A stretch of DNA of 23,914 nucleotides. Source: an uncultured Aquificales bacterium (GTDB lineage Bacteria; Thermosulfidibacterota; Thermosulfidibacteria; Thermosulfidibacterales; Thermosulfidibacteraceae). Shown one piece after another: positions 1-9,506 of this stretch; positions within the stretch are counted from its first letter, which is position 1; each line of letters starts with the position of its first letter. Both the position numbers and the translations under genes were made by a program. Under the pieces are notes generated by a model. It was not told where the DNA came from. It was given only the letters and a program-made list of their open reading frames with translations, and did no database searches. The stretch lies in contig CAYVOC010000008.1 of NCBI GenBank assembly GCA_964453345.1, forward strand, positions 1 to 23,914. The letters run 5' to 3'.

Positions 1-23
1 CTTCAGTTTTATTTTCTATTCAA

Positions 24-52
24 AAGTTATACTAACCTAACCAACCTGTCAA
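24..52 (-). promoter_or_regulatory. putative sigma70 promoter firing leftward out of the window
   Basis: Minus-strand TTGACA (47-52), 17-nt spacer, TAACTT (24-29), in AT-rich intergenic DNA. Confidence 0.45.
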
Positions 53-59
53 GTCTTCC

Positions 60-89
60 TTGACAGCCCATCTTTCCAATCCATATAGA
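60..89 (+). promoter_or_regulatory. putative sigma70 promoter of mtaB
   Basis: Perfect TTGACA at 60-65. Weak -10 candidates are TATAGA (84-89, 18-nt spacer) or CATATA (82-87). ATG at 97 has no Shine-Dalgarno. Confidence 0.4.
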
Positions 90-96
90 AAGCCCT

Positions 97-1389
97 ATGC
101 GGGTTGCCTTTTACACGATAGGATGCAAGCTAAACCAGTTCGAAACTGAGTATATGAGGGAACAGTTTGAGAAAGATGGGTGGGAAACCGTCAATTTCAG
201 GGAGATGGCCGATGTTTACGTAATCAACACGTGCACGGTAACCGCCCAGGCAGACGCCAAGTCCAGGCAGAGCGTAAGGCAGGCCCTTAAAAGGAATCCC
301 GACGCCCTGGTTGTTGCAACCGGGTGCTATTCGCAGATCAACCCCGAGGCTTTGATAGATGCAGGAGCACACGTGGTAACCGGAAACCCCCAGAAGGTAT
401 GCCTCAAGGATATTGTATACAGGGCATTACGGGAAAAGAGCTTCCCCATGGTAGAGGTGTCGGAGATCGACAGAACCTTCCACCCAATGCCCATAAAAGC
501 CTTCAGTGGCTACTCCCGAGCCTTTATAAAGGTTCAGGACGGATGCAACAGAAGGTGCAGCTACTGTATAGTGTGGAAGGCGAGAGGCCCTTCGAGATGC
601 GCTTCCCCTGATTTTGTATTGGAGGAGGCCAGAAGGCTTGTGGACGCCGGATTTGAGGAGATCGTGTTAACGGGAACGCATCTTGGAACCTATAGAATCG
701 GCGATACGGACCTTGTGGGTCTTCTTGAAAGGCTGTGCGATATTGAGGGGCTTAAGAAGATAAGGCTCTCATCTATAGAACCCACGGAGTTCAGCCCCGA
801 ACTGATCGATTTTATATCCTCAAGCCCCAAGATAGCCAAGCATCTGCACATACCTATGCAGAGCGGAAGCGAGAGAATCCTTAAGCTCATGAACAGGCCC
901 TACAGCCCGGCGCAGTTCAGAGAACTTGTGGAGGAGCTTGTTGAAAGGATGCCAACCTTGGGCATAGGCGTTGATGTGATAGTGGGCTTCCCAACCGAAA
1001 CTGAAGAGGACTTTGAACAGACATACCATCTGCTTGAAGAGCTACCAATATACTACATGCATATATTCTCCTACTCCCCGAGGCCGGGCACTCCCGCCGC
1101 ATCCATGAAACCCCAGGTGAGGCCCGACATTAAAAGAAGAAGGTGGGAGGCACTAAACAGACTGAAGCAGGAGAAGAAAAGATCGTTCATTGACAGAATG
1201 ATCGGGCAAAGGCTGGACTGCGTGATAGAAGGTAGACCTTCCAGAATCTCCGGCTTCTGGAGGGGGCTGTCCGAAAACTACATACCTTTGCTGATCAAAG
1301 GGGATCTGAAGCACTTAGCCGGGAAGGTGGTAAAGGCAAGGCTTATTGAGAGAACCGGGGACCAGGCCGTATCCGAAATCCTTTTATAA
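97..1389 (+). CDS. mtaB: tRNA N6-threonylcarbamoyladenosine(37) methylthiotransferase MtaB
   Basis: UPF0004 domain cysteines (GCKLNQFETE, INTCTVT, ATGCYSQ); radical SAM motif KVQDGCNRRCSYC; LTGTHLG, RLSSIEP and VGFPTET motifs; C-terminal TRAM-like region. Confidence 0.9.
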   Translation: MRVAFYTIGCKLNQFETEYMREQFEKDGWETVNFREMADVYVINTCTVTAQADAKSRQSVRQALKRNPDALVVATGCYSQINPEALIDAGAHVVTGNPQKVCLKDIVYRALREKSFPMVEVSEIDRTFHPMPIKAFSGYSRAFIKVQDGCNRRCSYCIVWKARGPSRCASPDFVLEEARRLVDAGFEEIVLTGTHLGTYRIGDTDLVGLLERLCDIEGLKKIRLSSIEPTEFSPELIDFISSSPKIAKHLHIPMQSGSERILKLMNRPYSPAQFRELVEELVERMPTLGIGVDVIVGFPTETEEDFEQTYHLLEELPIYYMHIFSYSPRPGTPAASMKPQVRPDIKRRRWEALNRLKQEKKRSFIDRMIGQRLDCVIEGRPSRISGFWRGLSENYIPLLIKGDLKHLAGKVVKARLIERTGDQAVSEILL

Positions 1390-2904
1390 GGGTCTTACAA
1401 ATTCCCAGGGAACCCTGACTTCCGAAGGGATCCTGGATAGATAGAGATGTTCATCCAGCTTCCTTTGCCTTCCGGCAAAGTGCAGGCCCACCCTGCGATC
1501 CCCCCTGGATATGAGGGCCTGTATCTTCGACCAGCGGGGAAGATCGTGGTTGAAAAAGACCCCTCTAAACCTCAGGGCCTCCTTCTTCATCCTCTTCAAT
1601 CTCGCTTTTATGACCGACAGATCAAGGAAGGGCTCCCTTTCAAAGGGGGTAAAGGGCTTCGGAACAAAGGGGGCGACGCTCAAAGAGATTCTGCCTTCGA
1701 AAACCTTTCTTATCTTCTCCAGCAAAGATCCAAGAGCCTCCACATCCTCTTCCTCTTCAAAGGGAAGCCCCACCATAAAGTAGAGCTTCAGGGTCTCAAA
1801 GCACCCCGAAAGCTCCCTCGCCCTTTCCACTATCAGATCATCTTCTATGGGCTTCCCTATCAGAGATCTTAGCCTCTCCGTCGCCGCCTCTATTCCAAGT
1901 GCAATGCTTTTTGCACCGGACCTCCTCAATGCATCAAATAGACTGGGATGGGCATCCACCCTTATGGAAGAGAAGGTAAAGGTCAGATCAGAAGCCTCCT
2001 CCACAACCCTCCGAAGCCCCCTGTGATCCGAAACCGCCGTGCCCAAAAGGCCTATTTTCTTTGAGGGAGACTCCCTGGCAAGTTCAAGTATCCTCTGTGT
2101 CTCGACAAACCTGACGGGCCTTATAAGATGAGAGGAAAGGCAGAACTTGCACCTTCTCGGACACCCCCTGGAAACCTCAACTATGTGGGTATCAGGGAAG
2201 GTGGATTTCTTGGAGATAATGACGGAAAAGTTCCCCTCAACAGGAAAGTTTTTGCTGTAGGCCCGTTTTTTTTCAAGGCCGGAGGGAACCCAGAAGGGAC
2301 CGGAATCGTCCAGCTCCACCACAGATGGAACATAAGCCCAAGGGAGATCTTTCACCTTCTCCAAAAATTTTTTCCTTTCCGGAGCATCCGCCCACATTTC
2401 AAGGATCTCAACAAGGCCAACCTCAGCCTCACCCAGATATATAAGATCAAAGATGGGAGCGAAGGGTTCGGGGTTGGCGGTGGGGACCACACCTCCACCC
2501 ACAACGAGGGGATGGCTATCATCCCTCTCTTCACTCAGGACGGGGATCCTCATGTATTTTAGAAGCTTCACAACATTCAGCAGATCGTTCTCAAAGCTGA
2601 TGCTGAAAAGTATAACGTCAAACTCCATGGGGGTTCGCTCAAGGTATAGGGAAACCAGCTCAGCCCCCGCATCCAGCTCCACCTGATAGGGTTCTTCGGG
2701 AAGATACACGAGATCACACACAAACCCGGGATGCTGGTTCAGGACCCTGTAAACCGTCTGAAGCCCGAGGTTCGACACCCCGACCGAGTAGTAATTTGGG
2801 AAAACCAGAAGTATACTCAGCGACCAGCCCGAAGAAGGCTCAACGAGTCTTCTTTCACCTTCCCTGAGGTGCTGCCACAGCTGTAGAAGTTTTCTGGAGA
2901 TCAA
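1384..2904 (-). CDS. uncharacterised radical SAM protein with a B12-binding-like N-terminal domain (TIGR03960-like)
   Basis: CxxxCxxC in EVSRGCPRRCKFC; N-terminal FPNYYSVGVSNLGLQTVY; LKLYFMVGLP and FVPKPFTPF motifs. The TTG start overlaps the ftsZ TGA (TTGA). Confidence 0.8.
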   Translation of the reverse strand: MISRKLLQLWQHLREGERRLVEPSSGWSLSILLVFPNYYSVGVSNLGLQTVYRVLNQHPGFVCDLVYLPEEPYQVELDAGAELVSLYLERTPMEFDVILFSISFENDLLNVVKLLKYMRIPVLSEERDDSHPLVVGGGVVPTANPEPFAPIFDLIYLGEAEVGLVEILEMWADAPERKKFLEKVKDLPWAYVPSVVELDDSGPFWVPSGLEKKRAYSKNFPVEGNFSVIISKKSTFPDTHIVEVSRGCPRRCKFCLSSHLIRPVRFVETQRILELARESPSKKIGLLGTAVSDHRGLRRVVEEASDLTFTFSSIRVDAHPSLFDALRRSGAKSIALGIEAATERLRSLIGKPIEDDLIVERARELSGCFETLKLYFMVGLPFEEEEDVEALGSLLEKIRKVFEGRISLSVAPFVPKPFTPFEREPFLDLSVIKARLKRMKKEALRFRGVFFNHDLPRWSKIQALISRGDRRVGLHFAGRQRKLDEHLYLSRIPSEVRVPWEFVRPL

Positions 2905-4070
2905 ATCTCTTCCAGGAACCCTTTAAGAAACTTGGGGATAACCCTGGGTATGGCATCCCCCTCCTCTTCTTCAATGTTCTTTATGCTGAAGGCGGACGCC
3001 CTCTTCGTAAACTCAAGCCCGTCCCTGAACATCTGCTCCCTTATCTTCGAATCAAACCTTTTGCCCTTGGCACCGCTGGGTATGCCTTTGTCAAAACCGG
3101 TGGCTATTACGGTAAGCCTCACCTTGCCGTTCATGTTCTCGTCTATAACAAGGCCAAATATCACCTTGGCCTCCTCGCCCACCTCCTCCTTTATCATATC
3201 GCCGATAAGCTTCAGCTCGTCGGTCTTGAAGTCCCTGCCGCTGGTTATGTTGTAGAGAACACCCTTGGCACCCCTTATTCCGCTGCACTCCACAAGCGGA
3301 TTGCTCAGGGCCCTCTCCACAGCCTCCCTGCTTCTGTCCTCCCCCTCGGCCTCGGCTATGGCCATCAGGGCCATTCCACCGCTTTCCATGACCGTCTTCA
3401 CGTCGTTGAGATCCACATTTATGTAACCCGGTATGTTTATAATGTCCGTGATGCTCTGAACGCCCTGTCTTAAAACATCATCGACCCTCTTGAAGGCATC
3501 TATTATGGTGGTTCCGCCCTCCACCAGGACCCTGTCATTCTGGATAACTATCATGGCATCCACATGCTTGCTCAGCTCCTCAAGGCCCTTCTCAGCGTTC
3601 TGATGGCGCTGCCTCATCTCCCAGGAGAAGGGTTTGGTAACAACAGCAACGGTGAGTATCCCCATCTCCCTGGCTATTCTGGCTATAACAGGGGACGCAC
3701 CGGTTCCCGTCCCGCCACCGAGTCCGGCGGTGATGAAGACCATGTCGGTGCTGTCCTCAAGCATCTCTATTAGAAGGGTCTCGCTCTCCTCCGCAGCCAT
3801 CCTCCCCTTTTCGGGATCGCTTCCCGCTCCAAGCCCGCCCGTTATCTTCTCCCCTATCTGCACGGTCTTTATGCCCTTGGCACACCTGGCAAGGGCCTGC
3901 TTGTCGGTGTTCACGGCTATCAGCTCGACCCCTATGAGTCCATGCTCCATCATGTTGTTCAGAGCATTGCCCCCGGCACCACCGACGCCAATGACCTTTA
4001 TCCTGGCGCCTAATTTGTCGTCATCTATCACCTCAAAATGTTCATCAATCCTGTCAAAGGCAGATCCCAT
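2901..4070 (-). CDS. ftsZ: cell division protein FtsZ
   Basis: [20 protein letters not shown], tubulin signature [10 protein letters not shown]7 loop [14 protein letters not shown], and C-terminal IPKFL. GGAGGTGG Shine-Dalgarno upstream. Confidence 0.97.
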   Translation of the reverse strand: MGSAFDRIDEHFEVIDDDKLGARIKVIGVGGAGGNALNNMMEHGLIGVELIAVNTDKQALARCAKGIKTVQIGEKITGGLGAGSDPEKGRMAAEESETLLIEMLEDSTDMVFITAGLGGGTGTGASPVIARIAREMGILTVAVVTKPFSWEMRQRHQNAEKGLEELSKHVDAMIVIQNDRVLVEGGTTIIDAFKRVDDVLRQGVQSITDIINIPGYINVDLNDVKTVMESGGMALMAIAEAEGEDRSREAVERALSNPLVECSGIRGAKGVLYNITSGRDFKTDELKLIGDMIKEEVGEEAKVIFGLVIDENMNGKVRLTVIATGFDKGIPSGAKGKRFDSKIREQMFRDGLEFTKRASAFSIKNIEEEEGDAIPRVIPKFLKGFLEEI

Positions 4071-4082
4071 GATCCCACCTCC

Positions 4083-5006
4083 CTATTCAAAGGCAGACAT
4101 AAGTATCCTCTCAACCAGGTCCTCAAAGGCTATTCCGTGGACCCCGGCGGCCTTTGGAAGAAGAGAGGTTTCGGTAAGCCCAGGAATGGAATTCACTTCC
4201 AGAAGATACAGTTCTCCGTTCTCAGAAAGCCTGAAATCGCTCCTTGAAACCCCCCTCTGATACAGGGCCACATGGGCTATCAACGCCCACTTTTTCGCTT
4301 TTTCCGCAATCTCTTCAGGCACGGGAGCGGGAACGAGATACTCCGTCAGCCCCTTGGTGTATTTGCTTTTGTAATCATAAAATCCACTTTTGGGTCTTAT
4401 CTCTATAAGCGGAAGGGCGGCATCCCCCACCACCCCCACCGTAAGCTCCCTGCCCTCTATATACTCCTCAATGAGAACTTCATCGCTGTATTTAAAGGCT
4501 TCGTCAATGGCCGCAGCAAGCTCGCTCTCATCTCTAACAAGGGAGACACCTATGGTGGAACCTTCATCCACCGGCTTCACAACCACAGGGTAGTGATCCT
4601 CCGGCAGATCACCCTCCCCAGGGAGGGATCCGCCCCTCTTTCTCACAACCCTATACCTTGGGGTGGCCACCCCGTGATAGGCCAGAATTTTCTTGGTAAC
4701 AAGCTTGTTCATGGCAAGGGCAGCCCCCAGAACCTTGGGACCGGTGTATGGAATACCCCTGAAGTCCAGTATCCCCTGAACCACCCCATCCTCTCCGGGC
4801 TTGCCGTGCAACACCACGCAGGCCACATCCACCTCATCAAGCCTCCCCCAGAGATCCGGCCCCACATCTATCTCAACCACACGGTAACCCTTCCTCTTCA
4901 AGGCCTCAGCCACGGCTTTACCCGAAACCAAGGATACCTCCCTCTCGGAAGAGGGACCTCCCATAAGAACTCCTATCCTTTTACCCTTCAAGGAAGGATC
5001 CTGCAT
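4083..5006 (-). CDS. ddl: D-alanine--D-alanine ligase
   Basis: [30 protein letters not shown] omega loop, RSDFR, and [10 protein letters not shown]. Confidence 0.96.
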   Translation of the reverse strand: MQDPSLKGKRIGVLMGGPSSEREVSLVSGKAVAEALKRKGYRVVEIDVGPDLWGRLDEVDVACVVLHGKPGEDGVVQGILDFRGIPYTGPKVLGAALAMNKLVTKKILAYHGVATPRYRVVRKRGGSLPGEGDLPEDHYPVVVKPVDEGSTIGVSLVRDESELAAAIDEAFKYSDEVLIEEYIEGRELTVGVVGDAALPLIEIRPKSGFYDYKSKYTKGLTEYLVPAPVPEEIAEKAKKWALIAHVALYQRGVSRSDFRLSENGELYLLEVNSIPGLTETSLLPKAAGVHGIAFEDLVERILMSAFE

Positions 5007-5865
5007 AGACTATCTCCTCCCTGAGAAGAATACCCCTGCTTTCGAAAACCCTCCTCTTCACAAGCGAAATAAGATTCGCATACTCAGCAGCACCGGCACC
5101 CGGACTGGACACAATAAAGTTAGCGTGTCTGGAGGACACCTCCACCTTTCCCACACTATACCCCTTGAGCCCCGCCTCTTCAATAAGTCTTCCCGCATAA
5201 AAAGGAAACGGGTTTTTAAAAACAGAGCCAAGGGTTCTGCCGCCTGGAAACTTCTGCTTTCTTATCCTTGACAACTCACTCAATTTCTTCAAATCAATTT
5301 TCCCCTCAGCGAATCTGAGCCACAGTTTTAAAACAACCTTGCCTCTAAGGTTGCTATCCCTATACCCGAACTCAAGCTCATCCCTTCTCAGCAAAACCCT
5401 CACACCGTCAACCCAGCACTCAACCGCCTCCACAAATTCTCCGAACTCCCTTCCGAAGGCCCCGGCATTCATAACCGCAGCCGCACCCACGGTTCCGGGG
5501 ATCCCCCACAGCTGCTCAGCCCCCGCAAGTCCTCTTTCAGCGCAGAACTTCACAAGGCGGGATAGCCTCACCCCGGCATCACACACCACAAGCCCATCGC
5601 TTACCTCTATTTCAGACATCAGCCTTGTGCTTACAGCCACCCCGTGGAAGAAACCATCGCCCCAGAGGATGTTGCTCGAAAGCCCAAAGACAACATAGGG
5701 ATAACCGCTTTTTTCAATTTCTGCGAGAAGATTCACCATGGCATCAACATTGCGGGGCATACACAGGAAGGCCACCCTGCCCCTTGTTCCCACAAAGGAA
5801 ACCCTTGAAAGGGGATAATCCCTTTTCAAAAGGAGCGGTCCGCAAGCCTCAAACAGAGCTTCCAT
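4981..5865 (-). CDS. murB: UDP-N-acetylenolpyruvoylglucosamine reductase
   Basis: SSNIL, GIPGTVGAAAVMNAGAFG, FGYRDS, GSVFKNP and HANFIV motifs; located between murC and ddl. Confidence 0.93.
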   Translation of the reverse strand: MEALFEACGPLLLKRDYPLSRVSFVGTRGRVAFLCMPRNVDAMVNLLAEIEKSGYPYVVFGLSSNILWGDGFFHGVAVSTRLMSEIEVSDGLVVCDAGVRLSRLVKFCAERGLAGAEQLWGIPGTVGAAAVMNAGAFGREFGEFVEAVECWVDGVRVLLRRDELEFGYRDSNLRGKVVLKLWLRFAEGKIDLKKLSELSRIRKQKFPGGRTLGSVFKNPFPFYAGRLIEEAGLKGYSVGKVEVSSRHANFIVSSPGAGAAEYANLISLVKRRVFESRGILLREEIVYAGSFLEG

Positions 5866-7181
5866 ACATCGCCGGCCCCTAAGGTGATCACAAGATCCCC
5901 CTCGCCCACAAGCCTCTTGAGGGGTTCCTCCATCTGGCTCCAGTGGGGATAGTATTCAAAGGGCTTGACCTTCGAAAGCTCCCTCAAGAAGAGATCCATG
6001 GAGAAACCGTTTTCCCTCTCCCCTGCCGAATAGACATCGCTCACAAAGAGAAGATCCGCTCTGGAGAGGGCATCTATGAAGTCCCGCCACAGATACTTCA
6101 TCCTGCTGTATCTGTGGGGCTGGAAAACCGCTATGATTCTTCTTTCGGGCCACATCTGCCTCACCGCATCCAGAACGCTTGAAATTTCCGTGGGATGATG
6201 GGCGTAGTCGTCAATGAGGGGAGCGCCGTTAAGATACCCTCTAAGGGTGAGTCTCCTTTCAACCCCCTTAAAGGACGAGAGGGAGGAAAGGGCCTCCTCA
6301 AGGGAACATCCCTTGATCACCGATGCCGCAACAGCAGCAAGGGCGTTGAGAACATTGTGATGACCGGGAACCTTGAGCCTCACTTCCCCGGAACCCCACG
6401 GGGTTCTGCACACAAAGCGGGACCCATCCCTTTCCCTTTTGATGGATTCGGCAAAGACATCCGCCCTTGCAGAGGATGCAGAGTAAAAGAGGGCCTCAAG
6501 CCCCCTCGATACTTCAAGGGCGTTTTCATCATCCATGCAAATCACCCTGGTCGATCTAACACCCTCAAGGTAGGTTCTAAAGGCCCTTTTTAAAGCGTCG
6601 AAGTCGCCGTAGTAGTTGAGGTGCTCCCTGTCTATGTTTGTCAGAACCCCCACCTCAGGGTGAAGCATCAGAAAGCTTCCGTCACTCTCATCGCTCTCCG
6701 CCACCAGAAGACTGCCGGATCCCATCAATGCATTTGCGCTCTCGAAATCCCTGATCCTTCCGCCCACTATCACCGTAGGCGACAACCCCGCATCCCACAG
6801 GATCTTCGCCACCATGGCGGTGGTTGTGGTCTTGCCGTGGGAACCCGCAACAACCACGCTCTCCCTGTCCTCCGTTATCATCGCCAAGAGCCTGCCCCTG
6901 GAAATTATGGGGATCCCCAGATCCTTGGCCCTCACAAGCTCCGGATTCTCCTCGGGTATGGCCGAAGAGTAGACCACAAGCTCGGCATCTTGGGGCAAAA
7001 GCTCGGCATTATGGGGAACCCACACCCTTACGCCAAGGGCCCTGAGGGCTTCAACGTTTGCGCCTTCGCTTATGTCCGATCCTGTAACCTCAACCCCCAG
7101 ACTCACAAGTATCCGGGCGAGGGCGCTCATCCCTATGCCGCCTATGCCCACAAAGTGGACCTTCTTATACGGAAACTTCAT
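5826..7181 (-). CDS. murC: UDP-N-acetylmuramate--L-alanine ligase
   Basis: HFVGIGGIGMSALA, GSHGKTTTT, ESDESDGSFL, DDYAHHPTEI, FQPHRYSR and GAGDV motifs. Confidence 0.96.
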   Translation of the reverse strand: MKFPYKKVHFVGIGGIGMSALARILVSLGVEVTGSDISEGANVEALRALGVRVWVPHNAELLPQDAELVVYSSAIPEENPELVRAKDLGIPIISRGRLLAMITEDRESVVVAGSHGKTTTTAMVAKILWDAGLSPTVIVGGRIRDFESANALMGSGSLLVAESDESDGSFLMLHPEVGVLTNIDREHLNYYGDFDALKRAFRTYLEGVRSTRVICMDDENALEVSRGLEALFYSASSARADVFAESIKRERDGSRFVCRTPWGSGEVRLKVPGHHNVLNALAAVAASVIKGCSLEEALSSLSSFKGVERRLTLRGYLNGAPLIDDYAHHPTEISSVLDAVRQMWPERRIIAVFQPHRYSRMKYLWRDFIDALSRADLLFVSDVYSAGERENGFSMDLFLRELSKVKPFEYYPHWSQMEEPLKRLVGEGDLVITLGAGDVWKLCLRLADRSF

Positions 7182-8232
7182 TCCTCAACCTCTCAATCTC
7201 TCCTTCCACATCACAGAGCTTGAGTATCCTGTAGATGCGCTGAGACATCCTCACAATCAAGCGCCTGTTGAAGAAGAAGCGAACCACCACCTTTAACAGA
7301 TTCTCACCGGAAAGCTCGCTGTTGTCAATACAGAGGGCGGCCCCTCTAACCGCCAGAACCTCGGCGTTGATCCTCTGGTGATCACCCACAGCATAGGGAT
7401 AGGGAACCAGAATACCGGTTCTCCCCACCCCGGACAGCTCAAACAATGTGGTGGCACCAGCCCTACTGATAACAAAGGAAGCCTCCCTGTAGGCAGAGAG
7501 CATATCCTCTATGAACACCTCGGGACGCCAGGGAACGCCCGCTTCCCTGTATCTCTCCTGCACCCACTCCGCATCAAGCCCCCCCACCTGATGCCTAAGC
7601 ACCAGTCCCAGCCTGTTAAGCTGAGGAAGGGCATCACACACCGCTTTGTTAATGGTTCTCGCCCCTGAAGAGCCGCCGATCACAAGCAGCCTGAAAACGC
7701 CAAGGGGCGGCAATCTATACTTCACATCTCTTATATTTTTTCTAACAATGTTGCCCGTGTGCCTGATGCGCCTTGCCTTCACAAAGCATCTGCCACTCTC
7801 CTGAAAGGATACCCACACCTCCCTTGCAAACCTTGAAGCAAAAAGGTTCGCCCATCCCGGGACGCTGTTCTGCTCATGAATGAAAAGGGGAATCCCGGCC
7901 ACAACAGCGGCAACGGCAGCGGGAAAGGATGCGTATCCGCCGGTGCAGAAGATACCCCGAACCTCCTCGACCCTCACCGCATTCACAGCAAGGGCAACCG
8001 CCACGGGAAGCTTCAGAACCGCCTTAAGGGAAGCGAAGATCCCTCTCCCCCTCAACCCTTCAAAGGGAAAAAACCTTATATCGAAACCGAACTTAGGGGC
8101 AAGCTTCGCCTCTATTCCCCTTTTAACCCCCACAAAAAAGACCCTCTCTCCCCTTTCCTTTAAAGCTCTGGCAACCTCAAGGGCGGGGAAGAAGTGGCCC
8201 CCGGTGCCTCCCCCTGCCACCATCCAGCTCAC
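7165..8232 (-). CDS. murG: undecaprenyl-PP-MurNAc-pentapeptide GlcNAc transferase
   Basis: GGGTGGH, GGYAS, HEQNSVPG, GGSSGA, SRAGATT and DHQRINA motifs. Confidence 0.95.
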   Translation of the reverse strand: MSWMVAGGGTGGHFFPALEVARALKERGERVFFVGVKRGIEAKLAPKFGFDIRFFPFEGLRGRGIFASLKAVLKLPVAVALAVNAVRVEEVRGIFCTGGYASFPAAVAAVVAGIPLFIHEQNSVPGWANLFASRFAREVWVSFQESGRCFVKARRIRHTGNIVRKNIRDVKYRLPPLGVFRLLVIGGSSGARTINKAVCDALPQLNRLGLVLRHQVGGLDAEWVQERYREAGVPWRPEVFIEDMLSAYREASFVISRAGATTLFELSGVGRTGILVPYPYAVGDHQRINAEVLAVRGAALCIDNSELSGENLLKVVVRFFFNRRLIVRMSQRIYRILKLCDVEGEIERLRNEVSV

Positions 8233-9506
8233 TCCAGCCCCCTCACCAGCTCCTCAAAGGCCCTTCCCCTCTCCTGATAGGAGGAAAACTGGTCAAAGCT
8301 TGCACATCCCGGAGAAAGAAGAACCACATCCCCCTCTTCGGAAGCCTCAAGGGCCCTTGCAAAGGCCCTGCAGAAATCCCACTCATAGCTCACATCCACA
8401 ACGCCACTGAACAGGGAGATCAGCTCTTTGCCTGCATCACCGTAAAGAACAAGATGCCTCACTGTATCGGACACTAAAGGAACAAGATCCGAAAAGTCCA
8501 TGCCCTTATTCACCCCGCCCATTATCAGAACAACGGGCTTTCCCTTCAAGAAGACAAGCGCCCTTTCTACGGCATGGGGATTTGTGGCCTTGGAATCGTT
8601 AACGAAAAGCCTTCCCCTAAACCTTCCCACAGGCTCCATCCTGTAGCGGGGATAGCTGAAATCAGACAGCAGCCCCAGAAGATCCACATCCCCGAAGCCC
8701 AGCTGCCCGAGAACGGTCCCCACAGCCGCTATATTCTGAAGATTAAACCTCTCCCTGAATCCCAAAGAATCCCTGAGCCAGTCGGCCTCCCTAAAGGGGG
8801 CAAAATCGCCATCGGACAGGGCACCTGCTATTACGGGATCATCGGCGTTTGCCACAAAAAACTCCAAGGCATGCTCCCTCAGCCTCAGCTTGGAAGCTGC
8901 ATACTCCTCAAAACTCCCGTGGTAATCTATGTGATCCTGGGATATGTTGAGAAGAACCGCTCCCCTTGCAGCAAACCTTCTAAGCCTTGCTATCTGAAAG
9001 CTTGAAAGCTCAAGAAGGATAAAATCAACCACGTCCCCCTCGAGCACATACTTAGATAAGGGTATCCCGTAGTTGCCGCCGGTAAAGACCCTGTATCCGA
9101 GCCTGTTCAAAGCATGGGCCAGCATGGAGACCGTGGTGGTTTTTCCGTTGGTTCCCGTCACAGCAACGGCCTTCTTGGAAACCTCATAGGGAATAAACCT
9201 GTAGGCGAACTCGGTCTCGTCAACAACCTCAAGACCCAAATCCTGCGCTCTTTTCACAAGGGCATGGGACGGGAACACCCCGGGACTGGCCACCACAAGA
9301 TCAAACTTAGCCACATCGGGATACTCACCACCGAGCCAGGCACCGGCAAACCTGGAGCCGTATTCCGAAAGGGCCTTCACCCTTTCCGCAACAGCATCCC
9401 CACCCCCATCATCAACCACCCCCACCTCAAAGAGGCCGCTTTCAAGGGCGAGCCTGGCTCCCCAGAAACCCGAAATCCCAAGACCTAAAAACAGAACCCT
9501 CATCAC
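8229..9506 (-). CDS. murD: UDP-N-acetylmuramoyl-L-alanine--D-glutamate ligase
   Basis: GLGISG, SPGV, VTGTNGKTTT, ELSSFQ, NDSKATN and LLSPGCASFDQF motifs. Confidence 0.95.
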   Translation of the reverse strand: MMRVLFLGLGISGFWGARLALESGLFEVGVVDDGGGDAVAERVKALSEYGSRFAGAWLGGEYPDVAKFDLVVASPGVFPSHALVKRAQDLGLEVVDETEFAYRFIPYEVSKKAVAVTGTNGKTTTVSMLAHALNRLGYRVFTGGNYGIPLSKYVLEGDVVDFILLELSSFQIARLRRFAARGAVLLNISQDHIDYHGSFEEYAASKLRLREHALEFFVANADDPVIAGALSDGDFAPFREADWLRDSLGFRERFNLQNIAAVGTVLGQLGFGDVDLLGLLSDFSYPRYRMEPVGRFRGRLFVNDSKATNPHAVERALVFLKGKPVVLIMGGVNKGMDFSDLVPLVSDTVRHLVLYGDAGKELISLFSGVVDVSYEWDFCRAFARALEASEEGDVVLLSPGCASFDQFSSYQERGRAFEELVRGLE

